Under the pieces are notes generated by a model. That model saw only the letters and a program-made list of their open reading frames with translations, was not told the DNA's origin and ran no database searches. From positions 671 through 64,670 of the forward strand of contig JAWUYH010000025.1 in assembly GCA_034110895.1 (NCBI GenBank): DNA of 64,000 nucleotides. Reading direction: 5' to 3'. The position numbers and the translations under genes were made by a program. This DNA is from Gammaproteobacteria bacterium. GTDB taxonomy: Bacteria; Pseudomonadota; Gammaproteobacteria; Nitrosococcales; Methylophagaceae. Below are positions 30,765 through 40,045 of this stretch, piece by piece (the first letter of the stretch is position 1; the number at the start of each line of letters is the position of its first letter).

Positions 30765-31402
30765 TAATGGATAATGTTTATATAATTGATGATGATTATG
30801 CTGTCAGGGAATCATTATCAATGTTACTAAGATCGGAAGACTTTAATGTTGGTGCATTTGAAAACCCATTAGAGTTTTTATCAAAAGTAACCACATTGGA
30901 TGATGGCATTATTATTTTGGACCTGTTTATGCCAGAAATGAGCGGTATGCAGGTAATGGAAGAATTAGCAGGTCTCAAGATAACTATGCCTATTATCTGT
31001 ATTACAGGCCATGGTGATATACCCACAGCAGTAAAAGCATTAAAAATGGGTGCCTATGAATTTCTTGAAAAACCTTTTGATTCAACTATGCTCATTGATA
31101 TGGTTAAGACATGTATCTCAGACCGAATGAACACTCAGCATTTTAATAATTTTATTAGCAATGCGGAAGAGGTGATTGACAGTCTTACTCCTAGAGAACA
31201 TGAGGTTCTTAAAGGAATGGTTGATGGTCTGAGGAATAAACAAATTGCCTACAATATGGATATTAGCATACGTACGGTAGAGCTTCATCGCGTTCATGTT
31301 ATGGAAAAACTAAATGCTAACTCACTATCTGATGTTTTAAAAATAGCCATAGCAGCCGGCTTTAGTTATGTTGATATTCCGATAAAAGTAAATTCTTATT
31401 AG
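30761..31402 (+). CDS. FixJ/NarL(LuxR)-family response regulator
   Basis: REC domain (IIDDD, ILDLFMPEMSG, KP) plus LuxR HTH (LTPREHEVLKGMVDGLRNKQIAYNMDISIRTVELHR). 4-nt overlap with the kinase gene. Confidence 0.85.
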   Translation: MIMDNVYIIDDDYAVRESLSMLLRSEDFNVGAFENPLEFLSKVTTLDDGIIILDLFMPEMSGMQVMEELAGLKITMPIICITGHGDIPTAVKALKMGAYEFLEKPFDSTMLIDMVKTCISDRMNTQHFNNFISNAEEVIDSLTPREHEVLKGMVDGLRNKQIAYNMDISIRTVELHRVHVMEKLNANSLSDVLKIAIAAGFSYVDIPIKVNSY

Positions 31403-31813
31403 CAAGTAACTTGATTGAAAAATTACTGTACTAGAAGCTGAGGTTCGATTGCGAGTAAAACAAGCGGACTCTGCGCCTCTTTTAATGCTTACTCATTAGA
31501 TTGTATAGCTATCAACTAACAATCGTAATTAAAACTAACGATTATTTCCGTGAGATATTTTTAACGATCCAAAGGTAAATGGATTGATTTAAGTCAAGAT
31601 CTCCTGATCTAGATCAATATTATGTCACTTATTTTCATAATATATGAAGTATTACGTAGATGAATTTTGATCAAAAATGGTTATCGTTACCACAATGATA
31701 TAGAGCACCGGTATGCCAATAGCATCACGTTAATTATTTATATAAATATGCTGTGGTAAATATTAGTCAGTTTTATTGATGTAACTAATTAACTTTATAA
31801 AGAGGAAAAGACA

Positions 31814-32479
31814 ATGGGATGGTTTAATTTTGGTAAAAAGAAAAAGAAAAGTAGTCAAGAGATTCAGCTACTCGGCATTACGGGCCAGATAGCTACACTA
31901 AAATGCTTGATACTTGCGCGCATTAAAGATGTGCCATTGCAGACCACACTAGCGCCTTATACTGTTGGTGTTGATCAGGTGAAGAGTTATCAGTATTTAG
32001 CTGACTCAACAAGATCGCCGACCGTGGAACATGATGGTTCCAAGCTTTCAGGAACAACAGCCATTCTTACTTATTTAGATATTCGTGGTACGGGCGCATC
32101 GCTAACACCACGCAAAGCTAGGATTCTCGGCCAACAGAATTATTGGATTGATATTTGTTATCAAGTATTAGCACCTGTAACAGCGGCTGTTACTACCGGT
32201 AGGGCGACGGATAATGACCATCAACTTTTAAAGAAATTATTAAATAGTTTAAATAATTTATTAACTGAAAATTTATACGTGGTCGGTCCGATGTCATTTG
32301 CTGATCCACATGTTGCCGCCTATGTTCATGCTTTATCTTGCAGTGGTGTTGACATTGCTTCATATCCAAAGATTGGTGATTGGGTAGCAAGACTAGAAAC
32401 AGATATGGGAGGCCCACTAGATATTGAATATCTTCAAATGGACTCAACAAAATTTTCTGTTGCTGGTCAAGTAGCATAA
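31814..32479 (+). CDS. GST-fold protein, paralogue A
   Basis: LLGITGQIATLKCL..., GTTAILTYLD..G.GASLTPR, FADPHV. Aligns by eye with 32507..33283 and 44454..45140. Confidence 0.55.
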   Translation: MGWFNFGKKKKKSSQEIQLLGITGQIATLKCLILARIKDVPLQTTLAPYTVGVDQVKSYQYLADSTRSPTVEHDGSKLSGTTAILTYLDIRGTGASLTPRKARILGQQNYWIDICYQVLAPVTAAVTTGRATDNDHQLLKKLLNSLNNLLTENLYVVGPMSFADPHVAAYVHALSCSGVDIASYPKIGDWVARLETDMGGPLDIEYLQMDSTKFSVAGQVA

Positions 32480-32506
32480 ATCACTAACTACAAGAGGTAA
32501 ATTATA

Positions 32507-33283
32507 ATGGATATATTTGATCAACTTGCACCGACAGCATCAGAGGAACATGGCAGTTCTGGTGAGATGAAAAAAGCGCAATATATGTTACAACTATTGG
32601 GTACACCATGGGATGCTAATACATTAAAGTGTCTTATCGCTGCTGCAGAGCAAGGTATGGAAATGTTTAGTGGTTATTTAGATGTTTTAAATAACCAACA
32701 AGACACCGAGTCTTATCGAAGCATTTTCGAATTTGGTAGTTACCCCGGTTTGAAAGAAGCAGATTATAATATAGCGGGTTCTACCGGCATATTAGCTTTT
32801 GTAAACGCACGAGGCTTGGGTTTTTCATTAACACCTAAAAATGTTGTCGAAGCAGCCACACAGGATTTCTGGGTTGATTTTGCTGTTACAGAAGCTACAC
32901 CTTGTATCAATAGCCTTGTGCAAGAAAATATTGTCAAACCAATGGTTGATGCTAACTACTCGCAAGATAACGCGGCGATTGAACAAGCAAGATCTACTTT
33001 AGAATCAATATTGACTGATCTGAATCAACAATTGACTGGAAATCAGTATGTCATAGGTAAGTACACGTTTGCCGACGTTCACTGGACAGCACTGATTCAC
33101 TTATTATTAATGACTGAAAGTAGTGATTTGGTTCTACAACACCCAGAAATTAATCGTTGGTATAACTCACTTGCGACACGAAAGAGTAATTGTGGTCAAG
33201 ATATTATCTCATTTTCATTATTACCCAGTCTAGAAGATATTAAAAATAAAAAGCTAGCATCAGTGATAATTAAAGATTTCTAA
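32507..33283 (+). CDS. GST-fold protein, paralogue B
   Basis: LLGTPWDANTLKCLIAAAEQG, GSTGILAFVNARGLGFSLTPK, FADVHW, C-terminal LLPSLEDIKNK shared with paralogue C. Confidence 0.55.
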   Translation: MDIFDQLAPTASEEHGSSGEMKKAQYMLQLLGTPWDANTLKCLIAAAEQGMEMFSGYLDVLNNQQDTESYRSIFEFGSYPGLKEADYNIAGSTGILAFVNARGLGFSLTPKNVVEAATQDFWVDFAVTEATPCINSLVQENIVKPMVDANYSQDNAAIEQARSTLESILTDLNQQLTGNQYVIGKYTFADVHWTALIHLLLMTESSDLVLQHPEINRWYNSLATRKSNCGQDIISFSLLPSLEDIKNKKLASVIIKDF

Positions 33284-34135
33284 GAAATAACTAACAGTGA
33301 TTCAAAGTGGGTGTGAGATGGATGTCATGCCCATTTATTATTAAAAATTAATAATATAGAGCGTATTATATTAAGAACGAAAATGTTAGTGTCACTTAGA
33401 CTTGACTTAGAGAGACCTTGCTAAGTATGTCTTTTAAGTTTTTACAGATCTAAGGTACTTTCGTACAATTTGACACTGATATGATGTATATCAGGTTTAC
33501 AATTTGTAGTTAAAGCGGGTTAATAGTAAGCAATAGTGAGAGTGGTACATTTTACAATCTCTGCTGATCCTACAACAGCTCTTGAATAAACCTCCAGTAT
33601 TGTGAGTATTACGTGACCTTGTAGATGGCAATAATACACAGTGAAATTGGTCTCTAGTTGCTAAATAACAGTACAAAAAGATGATACAGTTATGGCTGAT
33701 CCTGTAGGTCTGGTTATTTGATATACGTATAATTACAGCTATCCCTACATCAAACTTATCAATAAAATTGAACATCATCCTAAATCTTTTGGTAATAGAA
33801 GACGTTGTATTCTAGATATAGCATGTATTAATGTGCTGTTAACCATTATTCAGACAGCAAAGATTAGATATCGTTCATGTTGTACACTGCTAGATCGCGT
33901 GAACCAAGCGAGCTACTTTCACTTATACTAAGTGATATAAAGACAGAACAATTTCAGTTCTCAGGAGGCAAAAGCTTGATAAATGTGCGGCTCTGTTTTA
34001 TGGTGAAGGCCGCTATATTAAACAAATGACAAAAAATGAAGAGTTGTAGTAACTGAATTTTAATTAGTTTAGTTAAAGTGCTTTTAGATATAGAAGGTTT
34101 ATTACAAAATGTATAGCCGTTATGGAGAAGAATGA

Positions 34136-34840
34136 GTGATATTTAAACAGTTTTTTGAGCCTGAAAGTTCCACTTTCACTTATCTTCTAGGGTGTGAAGA
34201 GACCAAACAAGCGGTCTTGATAGATAGCGTTGGTTCTGAAATAGATAGCTATATTGAAGAACTAGAAAAAGGTGGCCTTAAACTCATTTATACATTAGAA
34301 ACTCATGTGCATGCCGATCATATTACAGCAGCAGATCCTCTCAGACAAAAGCTGGGTAGTAAAAGTGTAATGCATAGAGATGCAGGCGCTATGTGTGCTG
34401 ATCTATTAGTAACTGATGGTATTCACTTAAATATTGGAACAGTTGATATAGAGGTGAGGTATTCACCAGGTCATACCAATGGATGCACTAGTTATTTTTG
34501 TAAAGACAGAATCTTTACAGGAGATACTTTACTCATTGGTGGTTGTGGAAGAACTGATTTTCAAATGGGTGATGCTGGGCAGTTATATGACAGCATCCAT
34601 AAGCAAATATTTCAATTACCAGATGAAACCTTGATATACCCCGGCCATGATTACAATGGCAATATAGAATCAACAGTAGGTCATGAGAAAAAACACAATG
34701 CTAGAGTGGGTAACAATAAAACTCGTGAAGAATTTATAGCTATAATGTCGGAATTAAAATTAGCTTATCCAAAACAAATCGATAAGGCGCTCCCAGCCAA
34801 TGAGGCTTGTGGCCGAGTAGACAAGCAACAAGCATCATAA
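34136..34840 (+). CDS. Persulfide dioxygenase (ETHE1-like MBL fold)
   Basis: GTG start. IFKQFFEPESSTFTYLLG, ETHVHADHIT, GDTLLIGGCGRTDFQ are typical of ETHE1/PDO enzymes. Confidence 0.8.
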   Translation: MIFKQFFEPESSTFTYLLGCEETKQAVLIDSVGSEIDSYIEELEKGGLKLIYTLETHVHADHITAADPLRQKLGSKSVMHRDAGAMCADLLVTDGIHLNIGTVDIEVRYSPGHTNGCTSYFCKDRIFTGDTLLIGGCGRTDFQMGDAGQLYDSIHKQIFQLPDETLIYPGHDYNGNIESTVGHEKKHNARVGNNKTREEFIAIMSELKLAYPKQIDKALPANEACGRVDKQQAS

Positions 34841-34862
34841 AATTAAATATAGGACTGAGCCA

Positions 34863-36524
34863 ATGAAATCATCAAAAATCAACCAAGAAATTACAGTAGC
34901 ATATCAAATTACAGTGTCTGATCTAGCCGAGATAGTCGAGCAAGGGTTTAAGACAATATTCTGTCATCGTCCAGATGGCGAAGGCCCTGATCAACCAAAT
35001 TTTGAAGAAATAGAGAGTGCTGCTAGAAAATTAGGCTTGGAGCTTAAATATCTGCCTGTGACCATGGGTAAAATAAGCGATGATGATATACAACAATTTT
35101 CTAGCAGTTTTGATGCAGCCATTAAACCAATATTTTCCTATTGCAGATCAGGTATGCGTGCAATAACGTTGTGGAGTCTTAAAGAGGCCGATACGACTTC
35201 TTTACCAGAACTATTAAGTATTGGTAAAAATGCTGGGTATGATATGTCTGGATTAAGTTTAAGATTAGCTTCAGGTAAACAATCTCCGAGTAATACAAAA
35301 GATCACCAAATTGTTATTGTGGGTGGTGGTGCTGCTGGGATCTCAGTCGCTTCGAGTTTACTTTCACGAGATTCTAGCTTAGACATAGCCATTATAGACC
35401 CTGCTGAAACACATTATTATCAACCTGGATGGACCATGGTCGGTGGTGGTATTTTTGAAGCAGAGGAAACCGTCAGAACAATGGCATCCGTCATGCCTAA
35501 AAATGTAACTTGGATTAAAGCGGCTGTTGCAGCATTTGAACCTGAACAAAATATGGTGACATTAGAGGGTTACAGATTAGTAAAATATGAAAAACTGATT
35601 GTTTGTCCTGGTATTAAGCTCAATTGGAATGGTATTGAAGGTCTTATAGAAACACTGGGTCAAAATGGTGTTACTTCAAATTATCGGTATGATCTAGCTC
35701 CATACACATGGGAATTAGTGAGCTCAATGCGCAAAGGGAAGGCAATCTTCACCCAGCCACCGATGCCTATAAAATGTGCAGGAGCGCCACAAAAAGCAAT
35801 GTACTTGTCTGGAGACCATTGGTTCCGTACAGGCGATCTAAAAAATATAGATATTAGCTTCTTCACCAGCACTCCTGGCTTATTTGGTGTTAAAGATTAT
35901 GTGCCAGCATTGATGAAATATGTTGAAAAGTATGATGCAAGCTTAAATTTCGGACATACATTGACAAAAATTGACGGTAAGAAAAAGCTAGCCTGGTTTA
36001 CCAAAAAATTAGAAGATGGCACTGTAGATACCATTGAAACAGATTTCGATATGATCCATGTAGTACCACCTCAGCAAGCCCCTGATTTCATTAGAGCAAG
36101 TACCATTGTTGATGATGCAGGATGGGTTGATGTCAGTCAAGAAACCTTACAACACAAAAGATATCCAAATATCTATGGTTTAGGCGACGTAATTAATGCT
36201 CCTAATGCTAAGACCGCTGCTGCAGCCAGAAAACAAGCACCTGTTGTGGCTACAAATATCTTATTTGATTTGAAAAAGAGCTCGAACAAAGCCATTTATA
36301 ATGGCTATGGTTCTTGTCCATTAACAGTAGAACGTGGCAAGGTTATTTTGGCTGAGTTTGGCTATGGTGGTAAATTATTACCAAGCTTCCCTAAATGGTT
36401 TTTGAATGGTCAAGAACCAACAAAACTAGCTTGGGTACTGAAAGAAACAATCTTACCTCGTATGTATTGGAAAGGTATGCTTAAAGGACGTGAGTGGCTT
36501 GCTAATCCAGATGATAATGTCTAA
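34863..36524 (+). CDS. sqr: Fusion of DUF442 (TIGR01244-type, sulfurtransferase/phosphatase-like) domain with sulfide:quinone oxidoreductase
   Basis: N-terminal FKTIFCHRPDGEGPDQP. FAD fold IVIVGGGAAGISVAS. SQR-type PIKCAGAPQKAMY and GLGDV motifs. Confidence 0.8.
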   Translation: MKSSKINQEITVAYQITVSDLAEIVEQGFKTIFCHRPDGEGPDQPNFEEIESAARKLGLELKYLPVTMGKISDDDIQQFSSSFDAAIKPIFSYCRSGMRAITLWSLKEADTTSLPELLSIGKNAGYDMSGLSLRLASGKQSPSNTKDHQIVIVGGGAAGISVASSLLSRDSSLDIAIIDPAETHYYQPGWTMVGGGIFEAEETVRTMASVMPKNVTWIKAAVAAFEPEQNMVTLEGYRLVKYEKLIVCPGIKLNWNGIEGLIETLGQNGVTSNYRYDLAPYTWELVSSMRKGKAIFTQPPMPIKCAGAPQKAMYLSGDHWFRTGDLKNIDISFFTSTPGLFGVKDYVPALMKYVEKYDASLNFGHTLTKIDGKKKLAWFTKKLEDGTVDTIETDFDMIHVVPPQQAPDFIRASTIVDDAGWVDVSQETLQHKRYPNIYGLGDVINAPNAKTAAAARKQAPVVATNILFDLKKSSNKAIYNGYGSCPLTVERGKVILAEFGYGGKLLPSFPKWFLNGQEPTKLAWVLKETILPRMYWKGMLKGREWLANPDDNV

Positions 36525-36588
36525 CGCAATAACGATCTAAAGAACGTTATACAGACAATAAAATAAATGAGAAGGTAATAGACGGTAA

Positions 36589-38343
36589 ATGAGTAAGCCT
36601 GGCAATATGTTAACGAAGTACCTGCCAATATTGGTTTGGGCAAAGAAATACAATAAAGGGGATGCTACAAATGATTTAATGGCAGCTGTAATAGTGACAT
36701 TAATGTTAGTACCCCAAGCCTTAGCTTATGCTGTTTTATCTGGTTTACCTCCACAAGTAGGGCTTTACGCTAGTATGTTGCCATTAATTGCCTATGCAAT
36801 TTTTGGCACTAGTAGCACACTAGCGGTTGGTCCAGTGGCGGTTGCTTCTTTAATGACAGCTGCAGCCATTCAACCCTTTTCAGCAATTGATATCAACCTA
36901 GGTATACAGGCGGCCGTGATAATAGCCTGTATTTCTGGTTTTATACTGGTACTGTCAGGTTTACTTAGATTAGGTTTCTTAGCAAACTTTTTATCTCATC
37001 CTGTCATTACGGGCTTTATTTCAGCTGCTAGTATTGTTATTGCTACTAGTCAATTATCGACACTACTAGGTTATTCAGTGAGAGCGGAAACACTTATTGA
37101 ATTGATTAGTAGTATTTATGAACATATTCATAAAACCGATATTGTGACCTTGGTTTTGTCAATATTCACCTTATTATTTCTTGTTTTTAACAAAAAATAC
37201 GCATTAACGTTTTGGACCAACATTGGCATGTCAACATTTTGGGCTCAAACCGTGGCCCGATCAGCGCCGGCTTTACTTGTTTTGTTGGGTACTCTGGCAA
37301 TGAAGGCTGATATTACTTGGTTAGCTACTGTCCGAACAGTAGGTGATATTTCGGGTGGATTACCAAGTTTTTCAATGCCTAATACTGATTTGAGTCTTTG
37401 GCAGGCACTTTGGATCCCAGCTCTATTGATCACCATTATTGGTTATGTTGAATCTATTTCCGTTGCACAAAGTCTCGCAATGAAACGTAAGGAAAGAATA
37501 GATCCTGATCAAGAGCTTATCGCACTAGGGATGTCCAACCTAGCAGCAGGCTTCACTGCTGGTCTTCCTGTATCGGGTGGTGTCTCCAGATCGGTTGTTA
37601 ATATGGATGCCGGTGCAGTCACTCCCGCTGCTGGCTTAATAACGGCATTTGGAATGATGATAGCCAGTGTCTTTATTGCTAACTGGTTAGGTGATTTACC
37701 ACGCTTTATATTGGCAGCAATAATCATTGTAGCGGTAATGGGTTTATTTGATGTCGGAGTATTTAAGCGTACCTGGAAATATAGTTATCATGACTTTATG
37801 GCCTTGGTCATCACCTTCAGTCTGACTTTATTGGTTAATGTGCAATCAGGTATTACCGCCGGTGTATTATTGTCGATTGGTCTTCATTTATACAAAAGCA
37901 GTCACCCTCATACGGCTATAGTAGGGCATGTATCAGGTACAGAACATTTTCGTAATGTTGAAAGACATGACGTTAATGTTTGTCCAAAAGTAGTTACTCT
38001 CCGTGTCGATGAGAGTCTTTATTTTGCTAACGCACGGTTTCTCGAACAACGCATACTTGAAATTCTGGCTGAGAAAAAATCTACAAAACATTTAATTTTA
38101 ATGTGTTCTGCGATTAATAATATTGATGGCAGTGCATTAGAAATTTTAGAAACTATCAATGAACAACTTAAGTATTTAGAAATAGGATTTCATCTGTCCG
38201 AAGTTAAAGGACCGGTTATGGATAATCTAAACAAAAGTCATTTCATTGATGATTTAAATGGTCAGGTGTATCTTTCTCAGTTTAAGGCTTACGAAGATTT
38301 ATCTTGCTTCGATACAGGCTCTAAACCCACTAACAAATCATAG
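36589..38343 (+). CDS. SulP-family anion (sulfate) permease with C-terminal STAS domain
   Basis: Multi-TM SulP core (LVPQALAYAVLSGLPPQVGLYAS) and a STAS-like tail (LRVDESLYFANA...IDGSALE). Confidence 0.88.
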   Translation: MSKPGNMLTKYLPILVWAKKYNKGDATNDLMAAVIVTLMLVPQALAYAVLSGLPPQVGLYASMLPLIAYAIFGTSSTLAVGPVAVASLMTAAAIQPFSAIDINLGIQAAVIIACISGFILVLSGLLRLGFLANFLSHPVITGFISAASIVIATSQLSTLLGYSVRAETLIELISSIYEHIHKTDIVTLVLSIFTLLFLVFNKKYALTFWTNIGMSTFWAQTVARSAPALLVLLGTLAMKADITWLATVRTVGDISGGLPSFSMPNTDLSLWQALWIPALLITIIGYVESISVAQSLAMKRKERIDPDQELIALGMSNLAAGFTAGLPVSGGVSRSVVNMDAGAVTPAAGLITAFGMMIASVFIANWLGDLPRFILAAIIIVAVMGLFDVGVFKRTWKYSYHDFMALVITFSLTLLVNVQSGITAGVLLSIGLHLYKSSHPHTAIVGHVSGTEHFRNVERHDVNVCPKVVTLRVDESLYFANARFLEQRILEILAEKKSTKHLILMCSAINNIDGSALEILETINEQLKYLEIGFHLSEVKGPVMDNLNKSHFIDDLNGQVYLSQFKAYEDLSCFDTGSKPTNKS

Positions 38344-38356
38344 AGCTGATAATATA

Positions 38357-38761
38357 ATGTTCAATTTAGAATTAATTAAACACAAAAGTAAGTTAAAACT
38401 TGATTTAGCTAAATGTTTTGCTTCACTGATAGATGAACTGGGTAATGTACCTCTAACAATGCAGACAGATCCCGTCATCAATGGCGCGATAGTGAGCGTT
38501 TGTAATAATTACCTAGAGAGCCAAAATATATCAAAAAAGTTATCAAAAGCATTAGTCATTGATAGCGTGTTTGAAGAAATTTACCGACTCGAATCGATTG
38601 CTGTTCAGACACGTGTTGATCAATGGTTAGAAAATAATGAGGCTTTATATATTCAAGGTTGCCAATACATTAAACAACAATCAGACCATGACTTAAATTT
38701 ACAATGGTTAGCAGACTATAGTCGACAAAACTTTAAGCAAGCGACAGGGTTAATGTTATAA
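38357..38761 (+). CDS. Hypothetical protein (134 aa)
   Basis: ATG 38357 lies 14 nt after the SulP stop; the longer ORF from 38258 overlaps sulP. No motifs recognised. Has a decayed tandem paralogue downstream. Confidence 0.4.
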   Translation: MFNLELIKHKSKLKLDLAKCFASLIDELGNVPLTMQTDPVINGAIVSVCNNYLESQNISKKLSKALVIDSVFEEIYRLESIAVQTRVDQWLENNEALYIQGCQYIKQQSDHDLNLQWLADYSRQNFKQATGLML

Positions 38762-38789
38762 CTATTTAAACCGTCTTAAGGAGAAGGTT

Positions 38790-39193
38790 ATGTTCGTATT
38801 AACCATGGTTAAACGTGAACATATTCTTAAACAAACCTTTTCTGCCAGCTTGCTCCTAGTTAATGATAATCTGGGCAATGTGCCGATAGCTAGGCATACC
38901 AGCAAGCTATTTACAGTAATACTGTGTATTTATAGCGCCTATCAACAGACACAACAAATCAGTGAACCACCTTTTAATTTACTGTTTGTTGCGGTGTTGA
39001 GAATATCTTCAGAAGGGAATCAGTTAAAGTTCAACTGATCACAGAAGCATCCTTATAACAGGTCGATGCCCATATTCTAGAATACTATTTTAATGCAAAA
39101 TCTAATGCCAATAGTGATCCAGATTTAATCTGGCTACAGTATTTGGCAATAGATCAACTTATGCAGACAGATAGCATTTTTTTCCAACTGTAA
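38790..39193 (+). pseudogene. Decayed tandem paralogue of 38357..38761 (one frameshift plus one in-frame TAA)
   Basis: Shares LGNVP, V(F/E)(E/N)I(Y/F)R.ES and D(H/P)DL..(W)L segments with the upstream gene, but these are spread over two frames and interrupted by a stop. Confidence 0.45.
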
Positions 39194-39224
39194 AAAACAA
39201 CTGAGTTTAGATAAATAATAAAGC

Positions 39225-40040
39225 TTAAAAAATAGTATCAATCATTTCATGTAATAACAGTTTGGTATCTTCATCATCTGTTATTGCATCAGCCATAGCA
39301 CACCTACATGCCATCTCTGGTTTAAAACCATTTTTAATGAGTTTAGCAGTATGCACAATTAAGCGTGTACTGGCACCTTCTTCTAAGCCGTTACCTACTA
39401 GGTTTCTTGTCATATGGGCTAATTTAACTAAATGTGCACATTGCTGCATATCTAAGCCTGTTTCCTCGTGAACTATTTTTGTTTCAAGTTCTTCGGTCGG
39501 ATAACTAAAATCTATAGCAATAAAACGTTGTCGCGTGCTGGGTTTAAGATCCTTAACTGCACTTTGATAACCTGGATTGTAGGAAATGGTCAGACAAAAG
39601 TCATCTGAAGCTTTGACAAGTTGACCTAATTTTTCAAGTGGAAGTACTCGTCTATAATCACACAAGGGGTGAATAACAACAGTGGTGTCTTTACGTGCCT
39701 CTACGATTTCATCTAAATAACAGATGCAGCCCTCTCTAACGGCGGTGGTTAAAGGGCCATCTACCCAAACCGTACTATCATTTTTAATCAAATAGCGACC
39801 GACTAAATCAGATGTAGTTAAATCATCATGACATGAAACCGTAATTAATGGCCTTTTATGATACCAACTCATATATTCCATAAATCGTGTTTTACCGCAA
39901 CCTGTTGGTCCTTTAAGTAAAACGGGTATTTTCTCAGATAAGGCCGTGTTAAATATCTCAACTTCGTTAGCGGTAGGTAAATAATAAGGCTCTTCATTAA
40001 TCATATATTCTGAGTTATTTACAATAGTATTAGTAGTCAT
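39225..40040 (-). CDS. CbbQ/NorQ/NirQ-family (MoxR-class) AAA+ ATPase
   Basis: LLKGPTGCGKTRFMEYM, DLVGRY, VWVDGPLTTAVREGCICYLDEIVEARKDTTVVIHPL, ISYNPGYQS...KPSTRQRF. Near-canonical CbbQ/NorQ signature blocks. Confidence 0.88.
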   Translation of the reverse strand: MTTNTIVNNSEYMINEEPYYLPTANEVEIFNTALSEKIPVLLKGPTGCGKTRFMEYMSWYHKRPLITVSCHDDLTTSDLVGRYLIKNDSTVWVDGPLTTAVREGCICYLDEIVEARKDTTVVIHPLCDYRRVLPLEKLGQLVKASDDFCLTISYNPGYQSAVKDLKPSTRQRFIAIDFSYPTEELETKIVHEETGLDMQQCAHLVKLAHMTRNLVGNGLEEGASTRLIVHTAKLIKNGFKPEMACRCAMADAITDDEDTKLLLHEMIDTIF

Positions 40041-40045
40041 AGTAT

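Noticed and set aside
26382-31689. Heptamer TAACGAT/ATCGTTA recurring upstream of the MetX-like gene (26382) and of the GST pair (31536, 31562, 31683), and resembling the TAACGTAT core of the alkB-like repeats
   Set aside because: A 7-mer is expected several times by chance in 64 kb of AT-rich DNA on both strands, and it also occurs upstream of metY. Insufficient evidence for a shared operator.
33497-33778. 93-aa minus-strand ORF in the 850-bp gap
   Set aside because: Irregular composition (many Cys/Arg/Asn/Ile), with no start context or homology. Treated as non-coding.
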